Assembly: GCA_964568145.1 (NCBI GenBank)
Contig: CAZMOZ010000024.1
Location: 932 to 64,931 of the forward strand
Length of the DNA stretch: 64,000 bases
Source of the DNA: an uncultured Verrucomicrobiota bacterium
GTDB lineage: Bacteria > Verrucomicrobiota > Verrucomicrobiia > Limisphaerales > J093
Direction: 5' to 3'
The translations under genes were made by a program, and so were the position numbers. Positions 1 to 11,239 of this stretch are shown here, one piece after another (the first letter of the stretch is position 1; each line of letters opens with the position of its first letter). The notes under the pieces are model-generated. The model was not told the DNA's origin, did no database searches, and was given only the letters and a program-made list of their open reading frames with translations.

Positions 1-1087
1 CCAGGGTCATGTCCGCCGGGTAGTCCTTGGGGTAGAGCTTCTTGACCGTGTCCAGCCACTGGTTGGCCTCGCGGTAACGCTGGTGGACGAAGTAGAAGTA
101 CACGGCGTCCAGCAGCGCGTTCCGGTGGGCGCGGGCGATGTGTTCCCGCATCTCGGGATCCTCGGCCATCATCTCCTCATAGGCGGCGTGTGTGCGCGGG
201 AAGATGTCCAGGTTCTCGCCGAAGATGATGGATTCGCCCGGCTTGAGGCGGATGATGCGGCCGCGGTGGAAGGCCAGGAAGAGCGATTGGTAAATGATCC
301 GGCGCAGCTTGATGAGCTGGTCCTTGGTCCTGGCCATCTGCCGGCCGAGGTTCGCCCAGTAGATGGCGTGCGACTCCGGCAGCCGCCATTCGAGGGGGCC
401 GTAGCGGTCGTCGGTCTCCTTCATTTTGGCTGGATCGAGCTTGTAGCGCTTGCGGAGGATGGCGACCTGTTTCCTGGCTTCCTCGGTCTGGGGATTGAGC
501 AACTCATCCCAGTTGGTCCGGCCGCCGCCGAGGAGTTTGTCCATTTCAGTGGCCCAGGCGGTTTTGAAGTACAGGTGGGCGTCGTCGAGGTTGTGCCCCA
601 GCTTGTGCTGGAAATGCCAGGCCAGCTCCCGGTACAGCTCCACCTCGTAGGGGTTGTACTTCAGCGCCTCGTCGCGGAGCAGCTCGATGCCGCGCTGCAC
701 CCAGGACCAGCGGTCCTTCGGGTTGCTGAACTTGATCGAGATGTTGTAGGACATGTTCCACGCCATCACGACCCAGACGGTCGGGATGCGCGGCTGCAAT
801 TTGGTGATCCAGTCCGCCAACTGGACCATCTCGAAGAACCGGTCCTGGTCCTGCAACTCCATGGCGCGCACCCAGAGTGCGTTCGCGATCAGGCCGCGGA
901 AGCCGCCGAGCACTACCGTGGTGAAGACCAGCACCGGCGGGGCGTTCTGGAGCGGCTCGACGCGCGTCAGGCCCAGGTCGGCCCGCAGGCGGTTGAGCTG
1001 GCGCTGGCTGAACGACACGCTGACCAGCAGCGCCGCGGCCAGGAGCAGCAACGCGAGTTTTCGTAGCAGGCTTTGGGCGCGGGTCAT
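1..1087 (-). CDS. conserved hypothetical protein with N-terminal membrane anchor; 3' end lies beyond the window start
   Basis: Not in the ORF track because it runs off the edge. Hand translation from the ATG (rc of 1085-1087) gives MTRAQSLLRKLALLLLLAAALLVSVSF...WVRAMELQDQDRFFEMVQLADWITKLQP... with no stop down to position 2. It starts 4 nt after the stop of the upstream permease. The 83-1066 + ORF is its antisense shadow. Confidence 0.6.
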   Translation of the reverse strand, partial: MTRAQSLLRKLALLLLAAALLVSVSFSQRQLNRLRADLGLTRVEPLQNAPPVLVFTTVVLGGFRGLIANALWVRAMELQDQDRFFEMVQLADWITKLQPRIPTVWVVMAWNMSYNISIKFSNPKDRWSWVQRGIELLRDEALKYNPYEVELYRELAWHFQHKLGHNLDDAHLYFKTAWATEMDKLLGGGRTNWDELLNPQTEEARKQVAILRKRYKLDPAKMKETDDRYGPLEWRLPESHAIYWANLGRQMARTKDQLIKLRRIIYQSLFLAFHRGRIIRLKPGESIIFGENLDIFPRTHAAYEEMMAEDPEMREHIARAHRNALLDAVYFYFVHQRYREANQWLDTVKKLYPKDYPADMTL

Positions 1088-1091
1088 GGCG

Positions 1092-2471
1092 TCATGCTTT
1101 GGCCCCGGCGGTGGCCAGCTCGCGCCGGTTGAAAATCGTCATCCCCACGACCGCGAAGAGCCCGCCCATCAGCACCACGATCTGCGCCACCGCGCGGGCC
1201 AGCGTGCCCCAGGAAACGCTGCGCCCGGTGCTCAAGGCGTCCACCGGCGCGAAGTCCCTGGCCAGGTTCACGAAGCCCAGCAGGCCCTTGAACAGGAGCA
1301 CGGTCGCGCGGTCGAACAGGTTCGGCGTGTCAATCAACCCGGTGTTGGGATTCACCGGCCGCACACCGCCCTGCTCGACGATGGTGCTCATCGTGCCGGT
1401 GGAAAACGCCACCACCAGCAGGGCCAGCGACACAAACGCCGCCACCGGAAACGAGAGCAGGCTCGCCGCCGCCAGGCCGATGGCCGCCAGCAACGCCAGC
1501 CAGCACAGCAAGATGCTCACGCCGCGGAAATAATTCAGGGTGAAACCGCCCTCGCGGTACAGCACCTCGAAGCCGTCCTCGAGCGGGAAGAGCACGGCCG
1601 TTTCGTTGGTGTTGATGAAATGCACGTGCAACACGCCCCGGTCGTCGAGCAGATTGGGCGGCAGTTCGATCTCGTAGAAGGTCTCCGCCGCCTGGCTGCG
1701 CACCGTCCGCTGCCGGTTCGGCGAATCCGGCGGGCCCACGTCCCAGATGGCGGTGTAGGTGCCCGACGCGGACTTCTCGTTCACAAAAAACTTCACCCGG
1801 ATGTACACCGGCTGGTCCCGCAGCGACGCGGCCACGGCGCTGAGGTCCATGGCCCAGGCGCGGACAAACCCCGGCGGCACCACCTGGAGCTCGGCCTTGA
1901 CCTGCTCGCGAATGATGCGCGCCAGTTCGTTGCGGTCCATCGCCGCGAGCTGTTCCTCCTTCAACCGCTCCTGCAAACGCCGCTGCACCTCCGGCTCGAG
2001 GTCCGGCATCGGTTCGCGGACGGAGCCGCGCGCGACGAAAATCTCGTTGCGCAACACCTGCTGCTGTTCGGGCGGCAGCCGCTGCGCGCGCCAGAGCATC
2101 TGCGCAAACACCACGCCGGCGGAAACACCGAGCAGGAGCAGGTTCACCAGCATGATGCCAGCCCATTTGCCCAGCCAGATCTGCCAGCGGGCCACCGGCT
2201 TGACCGCCACGGTCTGGATGGTGCAGTCGTCAATGTCGCGGGCCAGCGTGCCGCAGGCCAGCCAGAGCGTGGTGAGGCCCAGCACCGCGGTGATCAACCC
2301 CAACGTGTACGTGAGCACGATCTGGGTGAGGCCCCGCGCCGTGCCGTCATCCTTGATGACCGCCGGCAGCAGGAACACCGACCCGATCAGCATCACCGCC
2401 AGCAAGGGCACCAAGCGGAAGCGGAAGGCCGCCTTGAACGTCAACCGGGCGATGGCCAGGAAAGCCTGCAT
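1092..2471 (-). CDS. ABC-2 type transporter permease
   Basis: 459-aa ORF with multiple hydrophobic segments at both ends and a large soluble loop. It lies directly downstream of an ABC ATPase on the same strand. Confidence 0.65.
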   Translation of the reverse strand: MQAFLAIARLTFKAAFRFRLVPLLAVMLIGSVFLLPAVIKDDGTARGLTQIVLTYTLGLITAVLGLTTLWLACGTLARDIDDCTIQTVAVKPVARWQIWLGKWAGIMLVNLLLLGVSAGVVFAQMLWRAQRLPPEQQQVLRNEIFVARGSVREPMPDLEPEVQRRLQERLKEEQLAAMDRNELARIIREQVKAELQVVPPGFVRAWAMDLSAVAASLRDQPVYIRVKFFVNEKSASGTYTAIWDVGPPDSPNRQRTVRSQAAETFYEIELPPNLLDDRGVLHVHFINTNETAVLFPLEDGFEVLYREGGFTLNYFRGVSILLCWLALLAAIGLAAASLLSFPVAAFVSLALLVVAFSTGTMSTIVEQGGVRPVNPNTGLIDTPNLFDRATVLLFKGLLGFVNLARDFAPVDALSTGRSVSWGTLARAVAQIVVLMGGLFAVVGMTIFNRRELATAGAKA

Positions 2472-2721
2472 GGTCAGCCATTTCGGGCGCGCAGCTCAGT
2501 TATTTGCCGGCGCTGGAGAAGCCTGGGTGCCTTGGGGCTGTGACGGTCGCATCTCGCCGCCCGCCAAGCAGGGCTCGACGGAGTCTCGCCCCACCAGCAT
2601 CGGTTCCCCGTCGCAAACCGCCGCCGGGCGGAAAGCCCGGCTCGACGGCAGGCACGGATGCCTGCCGCTACCACGTCAACCCGGTCTGTGGCATGAAACT
2701 CAGTTGCAGCGCATGTCATGG

Positions 2722-3930
2722 TCAGGGCTTGCCGCCGAGCAAATCCGCCAGCTTCTTGTCCGCCTTTTCCAAGTCAGCCGCCGGCGCAGGTTCAGCGGGC
2801 GGCTTGGCGGGCACCGGGATTGGTGGCGGCTGCTCGATCAGGGCCTTGAGGCGCGCTTCATCCACCGCCGGTTCCGGCACGGCGACAGCCGGGGCGGTCG
2901 GTTTCGGCTCCGAAGGCAGGGCGAGCCGCGAGAGCAGCCGTTCGGCTTGGGATTCGGTCGTGTCCGCTCCGCCGCGCAAATAAGCCGCCACCCGGGCTCC
3001 GGAGGTGGCTCCCGAGGTTTCCTCGGTCTGCTTGGCGCGCTCGACCACCCGCAGGAAGAAGCTCTCGAGGTTCTGGGTTGGATTCTCGATCCGCACCTGG
3101 TCGGGCGGGGTCTCCGTGCGGAGGATTTCGAGCACGCGCTCGAGGGCGGGCCGGGACAGGACCGGCGTGGTGATGCGCAGCCGGTCCGGCGTGGTGAGCA
3201 GTTCCTTGAGCGAACCCATGGCCTGGATGCGCCCGCCGTAATAGATCACCACCCGGTCGCACACGTCTTCCACGTCCGCCAGCAGGTGGCTGCTCAGGAT
3301 CACCGTCTTGCCGCGGCGAGCCAGCGCCAGAATCAGGTCCTTGACCTCGCGGCAGCCGATGGGGTCGAGCCCGGAGGTGGGCTCGTCCAGGATGACCAGG
3401 TCGGGGTCGTTGATGAGCGCCTGCGCGAGGCCGATGCGCCGCTGCATGCCCTTCGAGAACTCGCCCACCGTGCGGCGGCGGACCTGGTTCAGGCCCACCA
3501 TTTCCAGCAACTGGGCCGTGCGCGCGTGCCGTTCGTCCGGCCGCAGATGGAACAGGTTCCCGAAGAAATCAAGCGTCTCGCCCGAGTCGAGGTAGCGGTA
3601 CAGGTAGGATTCCTCCGGCAGGTAGCCGATGCGCTGTTTCGTGGCCACATGGGTGGGCGCCCGGCCGAACACCTCGATCAGGCCCTTGGTGGGTCGCAGC
3701 AGGCCGAGGATCAATTTGACGGTGGTGGACTTGCCCGAGCCGTTCGGGCCGAGCAGGCCGAAGACCTCGCCCCGCCGCACGGTGAACTCGACGTTGTCCA
3801 CCGCGCGCGCCTTGGGCCGGCCCCAGAAATCCTTGAAGACCTTGGTGAGGCCGCGCACCACGACGACCGGCTCGCCGTCGCGCGCGGTGGCGGGCGGCGA
3901 GACACGGGACTCGGCTCGGATGACAGACAT
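2722..3930 (-). CDS. ABC transporter ATP-binding protein with long Pro/Ala-rich C-terminal tail
   Basis: Walker A GPNGSGKST, signature FSKGMQRRIGLAQAL and Walker B LVILDEPTSGLD are present. The start was moved to ATG at 3930 (MSVIRAE...); the upstream extension to 4101 has no support. Confidence 0.9.
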   Translation of the reverse strand: MSVIRAESRVSPPATARDGEPVVVVRGLTKVFKDFWGRPKARAVDNVEFTVRRGEVFGLLGPNGSGKSTTVKLILGLLRPTKGLIEVFGRAPTHVATKQRIGYLPEESYLYRYLDSGETLDFFGNLFHLRPDERHARTAQLLEMVGLNQVRRRTVGEFSKGMQRRIGLAQALINDPDLVILDEPTSGLDPIGCREVKDLILALARRGKTVILSSHLLADVEDVCDRVVIYYGGRIQAMGSLKELLTTPDRLRITTPVLSRPALERVLEILRTETPPDQVRIENPTQNLESFFLRVVERAKQTEETSGATSGARVAAYLRGGADTTESQAERLLSRLALPSEPKPTAPAVAVPEPAVDEARLKALIEQPPPIPVPAKPPAEPAPAADLEKADKKLADLLGGKP

Positions 3931-4149
3931 AAACACTTCGGAGCGCCGTCGGGCCGGGTTGCTCCCGGCCGGCACGACGCAATGGCTTAACACACATCCC
4001 GGTGCTGCAAGGCGCGAAAAGCTAGCAAAGCCTGCCGCGCGGAACAACTGCGCATTCCGCCGCCCAGGGGCACTTCCGCCGAAAGCGAAGCCGCCCGGCA
4101 TCGCACCGGGCGGCTCTTGGCTGGTCGGCGGCGAACCGCGGTTTCGCCG

Positions 4150-4488
4150 TCAGACCTCAAAGGAATGGCCGCAACCACACGACTGGCGGGCGTTGGGATT
4201 GCGAATCTTGAATCCCCCGCCGGTCAGGCTCTCGTCAAAATCCACCACCACCCCCTGCAGGAACTTCGCGCTGAAGGCATCCACCAGCACGGGCAGGCCG
4301 AAATGCTCACTCACCAGATCACCCTCGCGCCGCTCGTCAAACACCATCCCGTACTGGAGCCCCGAGCAGCCGCCTTTCTCGACGTACAGCCGCAGATGCC
4401 GGCCCGGCGGTTCCTTGGCCAGCAGGTGCTTCACCTCGTTGGCGGCCGCCTCGGTCAACTGGACGATGTCTGTATCGGCAACGGTCAT
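4150..4488 (-). CDS. erpA: iron-sulfur cluster insertion protein, ErpA/IscA (HesB) family
   Basis: 112 aa with the GGCSGLQYGM motif and a C-terminal CGCGHSF cysteine triad, typical of A-type Fe-S carriers. Confidence 0.85.
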   Translation of the reverse strand: MTVADTDIVQLTEAAANEVKHLLAKEPPGRHLRLYVEKGGCSGLQYGMVFDERREGDLVSEHFGLPVLVDAFSAKFLQGVVVDFDESLTGGGFKIRNPNARQSCGCGHSFEV

Positions 4489-4554
4489 GGCTCAACGCAC
4501 GGTTGAAGCTACGGAGCCGGTCCGGCCCTGTCAAACCACGACGTGGTCTTGTTT

Positions 4555-4890
4555 CACCGCGGGGCGCATCTCAATTTCATGCACGGCGTTCGTGGGACCG
4601 GGCTGGTGCGGCGGGGAACTCCCTGACCCCCTTGGCCCACCGGCCGAACGGCACTCCCGTTCCCCTCACCCCGGCCCACTCCCAGCGGGATAGGGAGAGC
4701 CGGCATCCACGCTGGGTTGACCCGCTGGCGCCGGGGTTCGCGAACGGCGCCCGGGGAACTGCCCTCTCCCCAAGGGAGAGGGTCAGGGGGAGGGGGAAGC
4801 GGGCCAACGCAGGCCCTCCGACGGGCGGAGGGCCGTCCGTTGCCGGCGCCGGGAGAAACTCCCGGCAAGAAGTGAGATGCGCCCCTCATT
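4555..4890. repeat. composite GC-rich palindromic repeat element (family C), bounded by inverted repeats ggggcgcatctca / tgagatgcgcccc
   Basis: Shares long blocks with 51190-51500: ttcatgcaNggcgttcgtgggac, cccgttcccctcaccccggccc, cgctgggttgacc and ctgccctctcccc. It contains nested palindromes, for example ccctctcccc..gggagaggg. Terminal inverted repeats sit at 4561-4573 and 4873-4885. Confidence 0.6.
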
Positions 4891-7740
4891 TCACCGCGTC
4901 CCGGTCGAAACGGCGGCCACACGACGCAGGTCCTCGATCTTCCGTTCGAGACGGGTCTTCAAAGGCGGCAGCTCGGTGATCAGCCGCTGGTAAAGACCGA
5001 TGGCGGCATCCCATTGCCGCAGGGACTCGGCCAGTTCCGCAGCCTCGAGCCCAGCCTGCCGCACCCAAGGCGGGTCGGGCGCCTCGCCCGGATGCAGATT
5101 CCGGCCGTACAGGACGTTCAGGAAATGCGTCATCGCCGCGTCGTAGAGCGCCGGCTGCTCGACCGGTGGTTTGAGCGCCGCCTGTTTCTTCAGCACCAAC
5201 CCCAACCCCACCTCCGCCATGCTGCGCAAGCCCGGACCGGCGGACGACTCGATGACTTTGCGGTAGGCCTCGGCTGCGGCGTCGTACCGCTTGGGATCGG
5301 CGGTGGCGAGCTGAAGGTTGCAGTCGCCGATGCGGCCCCAGGCGCGCGGCGCCAGTTCGTTCGTGGGAAAACGCTCGGCCACCTTGGCGAAGGCGTTGAT
5401 CGCCTCCGCGTAACCGGCCAGCGGATCGCTGCCCGGTGGCTTGGACTCCAGCATGAAGAGGTCGCCTCGGAAGATGTATGCCTCGGCCACCACGGACACC
5501 GGCACGCGCGACGACACCACGCTCAGCGGGCCGTTGGTGATGAGCCAGTCGAAGTGCTCGCGGGCGCTTTGCCAGCCCGAACGGTACACCGCGCACTTGC
5601 CGGCCATGAGCCGGGCGCGGAACGGCAGTTCGTCCCCCGGTCGGGCGCGCGCCGGGTCGAGCAGTTTGTCCTGGAATGCCAGCTCGGCGGGGGCGAAATC
5701 GCCCTGGTTGAACAGTTGCTCGGCCGCGAGGTACTGGGCCAGCGGCGCGTTCGGATCGTCCGGGAATCGCGCGATGAAATTCGTCAGCAGCGTCAGCGAC
5801 TCGGACCCGGGGTCCACCCGATGCGTGACCCGCGCCAGATCGAAGGTGGCCTGGGCCACCAGGCCGGTGGCGGTGGGTTGATTCGTGAAGTTGGCCAGCC
5901 ATGAGGCGTAGGCGGACAAGGCCGCGCCGTTGTCGCCGCGTTGCTCGAAGGTGCGGGCGATGGCCAGGCGCACCTCCGGTGTGCGGGGCGAGTCCGGATG
6001 CCGCTGCAAGAAGGCCTCGTACTGGGCGCGCGCCTGCTCCGGTTGACCGGTCCGGCTGTACGCCTCCGCGAGCAGGATGTCCGCGCGCTCCGACACCTCC
6101 GTCGCGCCTTCCATCTTGACCAGGCGGTCCGCCGCGGCGGCCGCCGCCACCAGGTCACCCGCCGCGATGCCGGTCCGCACCACGCCGAACAAGCCCTGGC
6201 TGCGCAGCGTCGGCGGAATCCCCGCGTCCATGTAGTTGGTCGCGACGAGCCAGAAATTGGTCAGCGCGCCGACCCATTCGCCCGAGCGGAACTCGCATTC
6301 CGCCCAGTGCAACCGCGCGGTGGCTTGATCCACGGAAGGCGCCAGCCGGCCGGTGGCGTTGCGGAAGGCGGCGAGCGCGTCCGCCAGCCGGGGCGCGCCT
6401 TCCTCCCAGAGCGTCCACGCCCGGGCCAGTTCGGCCTGCGGCGCGAGCGGACTGGCCGCGTGATTGGCCAGGATCAACTCAAACTGCGTCCGCGCCTGTT
6501 GCAGCCGGATCGTGCGGGCGGCGGCCGTCTCGGGTGTGACTGGCGTGGCCGGGTCGCTGAGGCGGTAAAACTCGCGCAACAGCGCCTGCCCGAGCGCGAA
6601 CCGCGCCAGGTCCAGCAGTTCATCCTGCGGGAACCGTTCTATGAAACCCTGCAGCCGCGCCACCGCCTGATCGGGCACAGACTGGCGGGTGATCTCGATC
6701 ACCTTATCGAGCGCGAAGCGGCGTTGCGCCGGCGGGGTATTCGTGGCCAGCCCGCGTTCGTAGGCTTGCAGCGCGGGAACGTATTGTTTCAGCCCCTCGA
6801 ACGCCCGGCCTTCCAGCGCCGCCGCCTCGGCCACTAGCGCGGGCGGCAGGCTGTTCGTCACCGCCGTCCAGAGGTTCGTGGTCTGTCCCACGGCCTCCGC
6901 CAGCCGGCCCGCGGTGAATTCCGCGCGCGCGAGCACCAGACGCCGTTCCCATTCCAACGGCGGCGGCAACGGTTGCCGGGCCATCTCGGTCAATGCCTGG
7001 CGGGCGCCTTCCACGTCGTTCAGACTCACCTGCAACTGCGCCAGCAACAACCAGCCGCGTTGCGCCCACAGACTGGCGGAATTCGCCCTGGCCGCCGTTT
7101 GGAACGGCCCGTTGGGATCGCGCAAGCGCGCGCTGGCTTGCGCGGGGTCGCCCGCCCGGCTGCGGGCCAGCGCTTCCTGCACGGCCGCCTCGAGGCTGCG
7201 CGGCGACTCGGGATGCCGCGCCGCCAGCGCGGAGAAGCCTTCGGCGGCAGGGGCGAAATCGCCTTTGCGAAACCGGGCCTCGGCCGCCCAAAACGCGTAC
7301 TCGGCGGCCAGCGGGCCGGCGTTGGCTGCACCGGACTCGAGCAGCTTCACCGCGTCGTCGTACCGGCCCAGCGCCAGCCGCGCTTGCGCCTGGAGCAGCA
7401 CCACCTCGGCCAGGTTGGTCGAATTGGGAAACTGGCTGGCGAAGGCTGCGGCGTCGCGCTCCACATACTCGTGGAGGCCGTCTTGAAACATCTTCACCAA
7501 CGCCTCGCGGGCGCGCGCCTCGTCCACCCCGGCCGCGGCCAGCCGGCCCGGCAACAGCACGGCCAGCAGGCACACGCCAAGCAGGCGCAGGACCAGACCC
7601 GAAAGCCGAAGTTGGCCGTAGCGCAGCGCGTCCCGCCCGCCCAACTCCGGTTTTCGGGCCCAAGGGAACCGAAGCCCCGCGGGCCGGCGCGCGCGCGCGC
7701 TTACGAATTCCGGGTCACGGCTTGAACCCCACAATTGCAT
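4891..7740 (-). CDS. large TPR-repeat protein with predicted signal peptide
   Basis: 949-aa ORF with Ala/Leu-rich helical repeats and recurrent A..Y..A/F..FP motifs. The hydrophobic stretch LVLRLLGVCLLAVLLPG lies near the N-terminus. The true start is uncertain because codons ~27-47 are a family-A repeat element. Confidence 0.7.
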   Translation of the reverse strand: MQLWGSSRDPEFVSARARRPAGLRFPWARKPELGGRDALRYGQLRLSGLVLRLLGVCLLAVLLPGRLAAAGVDEARAREALVKMFQDGLHEYVERDAAAFASQFPNSTNLAEVVLLQAQARLALGRYDDAVKLLESGAANAGPLAAEYAFWAAEARFRKGDFAPAAEGFSALAARHPESPRSLEAAVQEALARSRAGDPAQASARLRDPNGPFQTAARANSASLWAQRGWLLLAQLQVSLNDVEGARQALTEMARQPLPPPLEWERRLVLARAEFTAGRLAEAVGQTTNLWTAVTNSLPPALVAEAAALEGRAFEGLKQYVPALQAYERGLATNTPPAQRRFALDKVIEITRQSVPDQAVARLQGFIERFPQDELLDLARFALGQALLREFYRLSDPATPVTPETAAARTIRLQQARTQFELILANHAASPLAPQAELARAWTLWEEGAPRLADALAAFRNATGRLAPSVDQATARLHWAECEFRSGEWVGALTNFWLVATNYMDAGIPPTLRSQGLFGVVRTGIAAGDLVAAAAAADRLVKMEGATEVSERADILLAEAYSRTGQPEQARAQYEAFLQRHPDSPRTPEVRLAIARTFEQRGDNGAALSAYASWLANFTNQPTATGLVAQATFDLARVTHRVDPGSESLTLLTNFIARFPDDPNAPLAQYLAAEQLFNQGDFAPAELAFQDKLLDPARARPGDELPFRARLMAGKCAVYRSGWQSAREHFDWLITNGPLSVVSSRVPVSVVAEAYIFRGDLFMLESKPPGSDPLAGYAEAINAFAKVAERFPTNELAPRAWGRIGDCNLQLATADPKRYDAAAEAYRKVIESSAGPGLRSMAEVGLGLVLKKQAALKPPVEQPALYDAAMTHFLNVLYGRNLHPGEAPDPPWVRQAGLEAAELAESLRQWDAAIGLYQRLITELPPLKTRLERKIEDLRRVAAVSTGTR
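7598..7660. repeat. family-A hairpin repeat element (ccgaaagccgaagttgg...cccaactccggttttcgg)
   Basis: Imperfect inverted arms surround the core gcgcagcgcgtcccgcc. Related copies lie at 14686-14760, 31714-31775, 32924-32988, 49972-50035 and 51285-51349. Confidence 0.7.
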
Positions 7741-7768
7741 GAACGCTGCAACACTGCCACGCGCGCGG

Positions 7769-10816
<3,048 letters not shown>

Positions 10817-10963
10817 GCCGCCACGTGCCCGCCAAACGGGCAAACGCTCACGCTAACGGCCGCTTCGCGCCGCCGCAAGCGGCGCGCCCCGGCGAGCGAA
10901 ACTCCGAGCCGAAACTCGTAAACTCAAAAATTTGGAAAGCCGGAAGGCAGGAAGGTGAAACTT

Positions 10964-11084
10964 GAAATCCGAAAACCGAAATCCGAAGTCTGAAGCCCGA
11001 ATCCGCACTGGTGGGGCGACACTATGTCGCGCCCTGCTGGTTTGGATACTTGGTACTTGGCACTTGGTTTGTGGTTCGTGGTCG
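10964..11084. repeat. two different heptamer arrays flanking a short hairpin, in the uvrA/copA divergent intergenic region
   Basis: 10964-11005 reads gaaatcc gaaaacc gaaatcc gaagtct gaagccc gaatccg. About 11042-11084 reads ttggNac-type units x6. A central hairpin gcgacactatgtcgc lies between them. Confidence 0.7.
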
Positions 11085-11239
11085 CGGCCCTCGACCTTTG
11101 CCCTTGAGGCCCCGTCAAGCCCCACCACCCGCGTTTCTGCCGCCTCACCGCGCTTGACGCGGCAACGTGAGCCGTGATCTTCCGCTCGGAGCCGCAGGTC
11201 CCAGCCGGACCGGCGGACCGTTTTGTTCAGCCTGCGAAA

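Noticed and set aside
2474-2719. 81-aa minus-strand ORF between the ABC ATPase and the permease
   Set aside because: It has no recognisable features and is Arg/Cys/Trp-rich. It is more likely an untranslated spacer within the operon.
83-3990. Long + strand ORFs 83-1066, 753-2543 and 1759-3990 (327-743 aa)
   Set aside because: These are antisense shadows of three recognisable minus-strand genes (membrane protein, ABC permease, ABC ATPase). Their translations are Arg/Gly/Ala/His-rich, lack motifs, and are typical of high-GC shadow frames.
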